The position numbers and the translations under genes were made by a program. From Ruminococcus albus 7 = DSM 20455 (GTDB taxonomy: Bacteria; Bacillota; Clostridia; Oscillospirales; Ruminococcaceae): 32,000 nt of DNA. Positions 31,119 to 32,000 of the stretch are shown here, in pieces (position 1 is the first letter of the stretch; each line of letters begins with the position of its first letter). The stretch covers positions 2,910,001-2,942,000 of the forward strand of contig NC_014833.1 of assembly GCF_000179635.2 (NCBI RefSeq), read 5' to 3'. The notes under the pieces were generated by a model that did no database searches, was not told the origin of the DNA, and saw nothing but the letters and a program-made list of their open reading frames with translations.

Positions 31119-31143
31119 ATTATGAATTGAGAATTATAAATTC

Positions 31144-31294
31144 TGATATTACACCAATTAATTTGGTGTAATATCAGAACTAGAAATAATCGGCGGTTAT
31201 CCTCCCCCCGCCGAAGGCGGGGGGAGGATAACATCGACACGATGATTCATTGTTATATAGCACTTTGTAATGGTGTGCTAAAGGGATAACCATG
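31144..31294. mobile_element. 151-bp MITE-like element with a 9-bp target duplication; its right end matches the IS1595-family IS terminus
   Basis: TTATAAATT lies at 31135-31143 and 31295-31303. The right end, ...ggtgtgctaaagggataaccatg, resembles the IS IR. Inside are a perfect 15-bp-arm palindrome (31144-31180) and a 17-bp-arm GC-rich hairpin (31196-31232). A related copy lies at 4391-4548. Confidence 0.5.
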
Positions 31295-31314
31295 TTATAA
31301 ATTATGAATTGAGA

Positions 31315-31887
31315 TCACACCTCATACATCTTGATGACCTTTCGTGCCACCTCAAGCTTTGTGCAGCGCATATCCATAGCCTCTTTCTCGATATACCTGT
31401 GCGCCTGCTGCTCAGTAAAGCCGAGGTACTGCATCAGCGCCAGCTTTGCGCGGTTTACGGAGCGTATCTCCTCCAGCTTCTTCTGCAATTTGATATTCTC
31501 CGAACGTATACCAAGCATACGCTTTCTTGCCGCCGCAGTGAATCGCATCGCACGGTAGAAGATCTCACGGTTGAGGGGCTTGGATATTACCATCGCACCG
31601 AAATCCTCTACCCTGTCAGCCACATCATCGGATATATCGCCCTTTACCAGAAGTACACACATGGCATCAGATGATGAGTAAACGAACTCCGCCAGATCTA
31701 TCCCGTTCTCGTCGGGCAGCGGACAGCTTACCACCATCATATCAAAATCCTGCTCCGACACAGCACGCCGAGCCTCACGTCCCGTTGAAGCACTTGAGAA
31801 TCTTACCCCGGGAAAAATCTCTTTCAACTGACCCACAAGCGCTGATACGTGCTTGTCAGACCCTGCAGCTATCAGTATCCTGTCCAA
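31315..31887 (-). CDS. ANTAR-domain RNA-binding antiterminator with an N-terminal pseudo-receiver domain
   Basis: 190 aa. The C-terminal segment LQKKLEEIRSVNRAKLALMQYLGFTEQQAHRYIEKEAMDMRCTKLEVARKVI is typical of ANTAR. The REC-like N-terminus lacks the acidic pocket (ILIAAGSD) and the phospho-acceptor Asp (DMMVVSCPLP). A TTG start is preceded by AGGGGGAAG. Confidence 0.85.
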   Translation of the reverse strand: MDRILIAAGSDKHVSALVGQLKEIFPGVRFSSASTGREARRAVSEQDFDMMVVSCPLPDENGIDLAEFVYSSSDAMCVLLVKGDISDDVADRVEDFGAMVISKPLNREIFYRAMRFTAAARKRMLGIRSENIKLQKKLEEIRSVNRAKLALMQYLGFTEQQAHRYIEKEAMDMRCTKLEVARKVIKMYEV

Positions 31888-31908
31888 AATTCTTCCCCCT
31901 TTCTACGA

Positions 31909-32000
31909 TCATACGGGCTCCTTCTCAGGATAATGCTTATCGATCAGCGCCCGCACTGCCGCCGATGTAACACTTTCCTCTGTGTCACGAAACGGCGAAC
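31909..32000 (-). CDS. 3' end of an unidentified CDS (runs off the window)
   Basis: An open frame reads ...SPFRDTEESVTSAAVRALIDKHYPEKEPV and stops at 31909-31911, 21 nt upstream of the ANTAR gene start. It is too short to assign. Confidence 0.4.
   Translation of the reverse strand, partial: SPFRDTEESVTSAAVRALIDKHYPEKEPV

Overview
This 32-kb window comes from a low-GC Firmicute. It is most likely a fibrolytic Ruminococcus-type clostridium. That is an inference from the enzyme set: a GH48, a GH5 and a tandem PL1 enzyme that lack dockerins but share a ~90-aa C-terminal module.

Gene content, left to right:
- 3' part of prfC
- metY-like O-acetylhomoserine sulfhydrylase
- two membrane or secreted hypothetical proteins
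- ruvX, prmA and a small P-II-like ORF
- a CDF metal exporter
- a sensor protein with a degenerate GGDEF domain
- a CAZyme block on the minus strand (GH5 mannanase-like, LacI-family regulator, 1367-aa double PL1 pectate lyase)
- tRNA-Leu(CAG)
- a four-gene operon (ABC ATPase, ABC-2 permease, GldG-like, DUF4340-like)
- a GH48 exoglucanase
- queT, fba and a multipass membrane protein
- a complete IS1595-family IS with 9-bp target duplications
- a frameshifted gene
- an ANTAR regulator with a pseudo-receiver domain
- a partial CDS at the right edge

Most transcription units show near-consensus sigma-A promoters (TTGACA, 17 bp, TATAAT, often with an extended -10 TGn) and clear intrinsic terminators.

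I did not recognise a complete novel multigene system. There is no CRISPR array, no reverse transcriptase and no obvious defence or toxin cassette.

The signals most worth following up:
1. An orphan promoter-to-terminator unit of about 285 nt with no coding potential (8922-9241).
2. Three CCTA-N9-TAGG boxes plus a Met/Cys-rich leader ORF in front of metY, where no S-box or T-box is present.
3. A CG-centred box at an identical distance upstream of the -35 in all CAZyme promoters flanking the LacI gene.
4. A ~270-bp inverted DNA repeat encoding the shared C-terminal module.
5. Two families of small repeats: long palindromic elements, and IS-end-related MITEs.
6. The IS insertion exactly between a stop codon and the next start codon.

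All family assignments rest on motif recognition by eye. No database search was possible.
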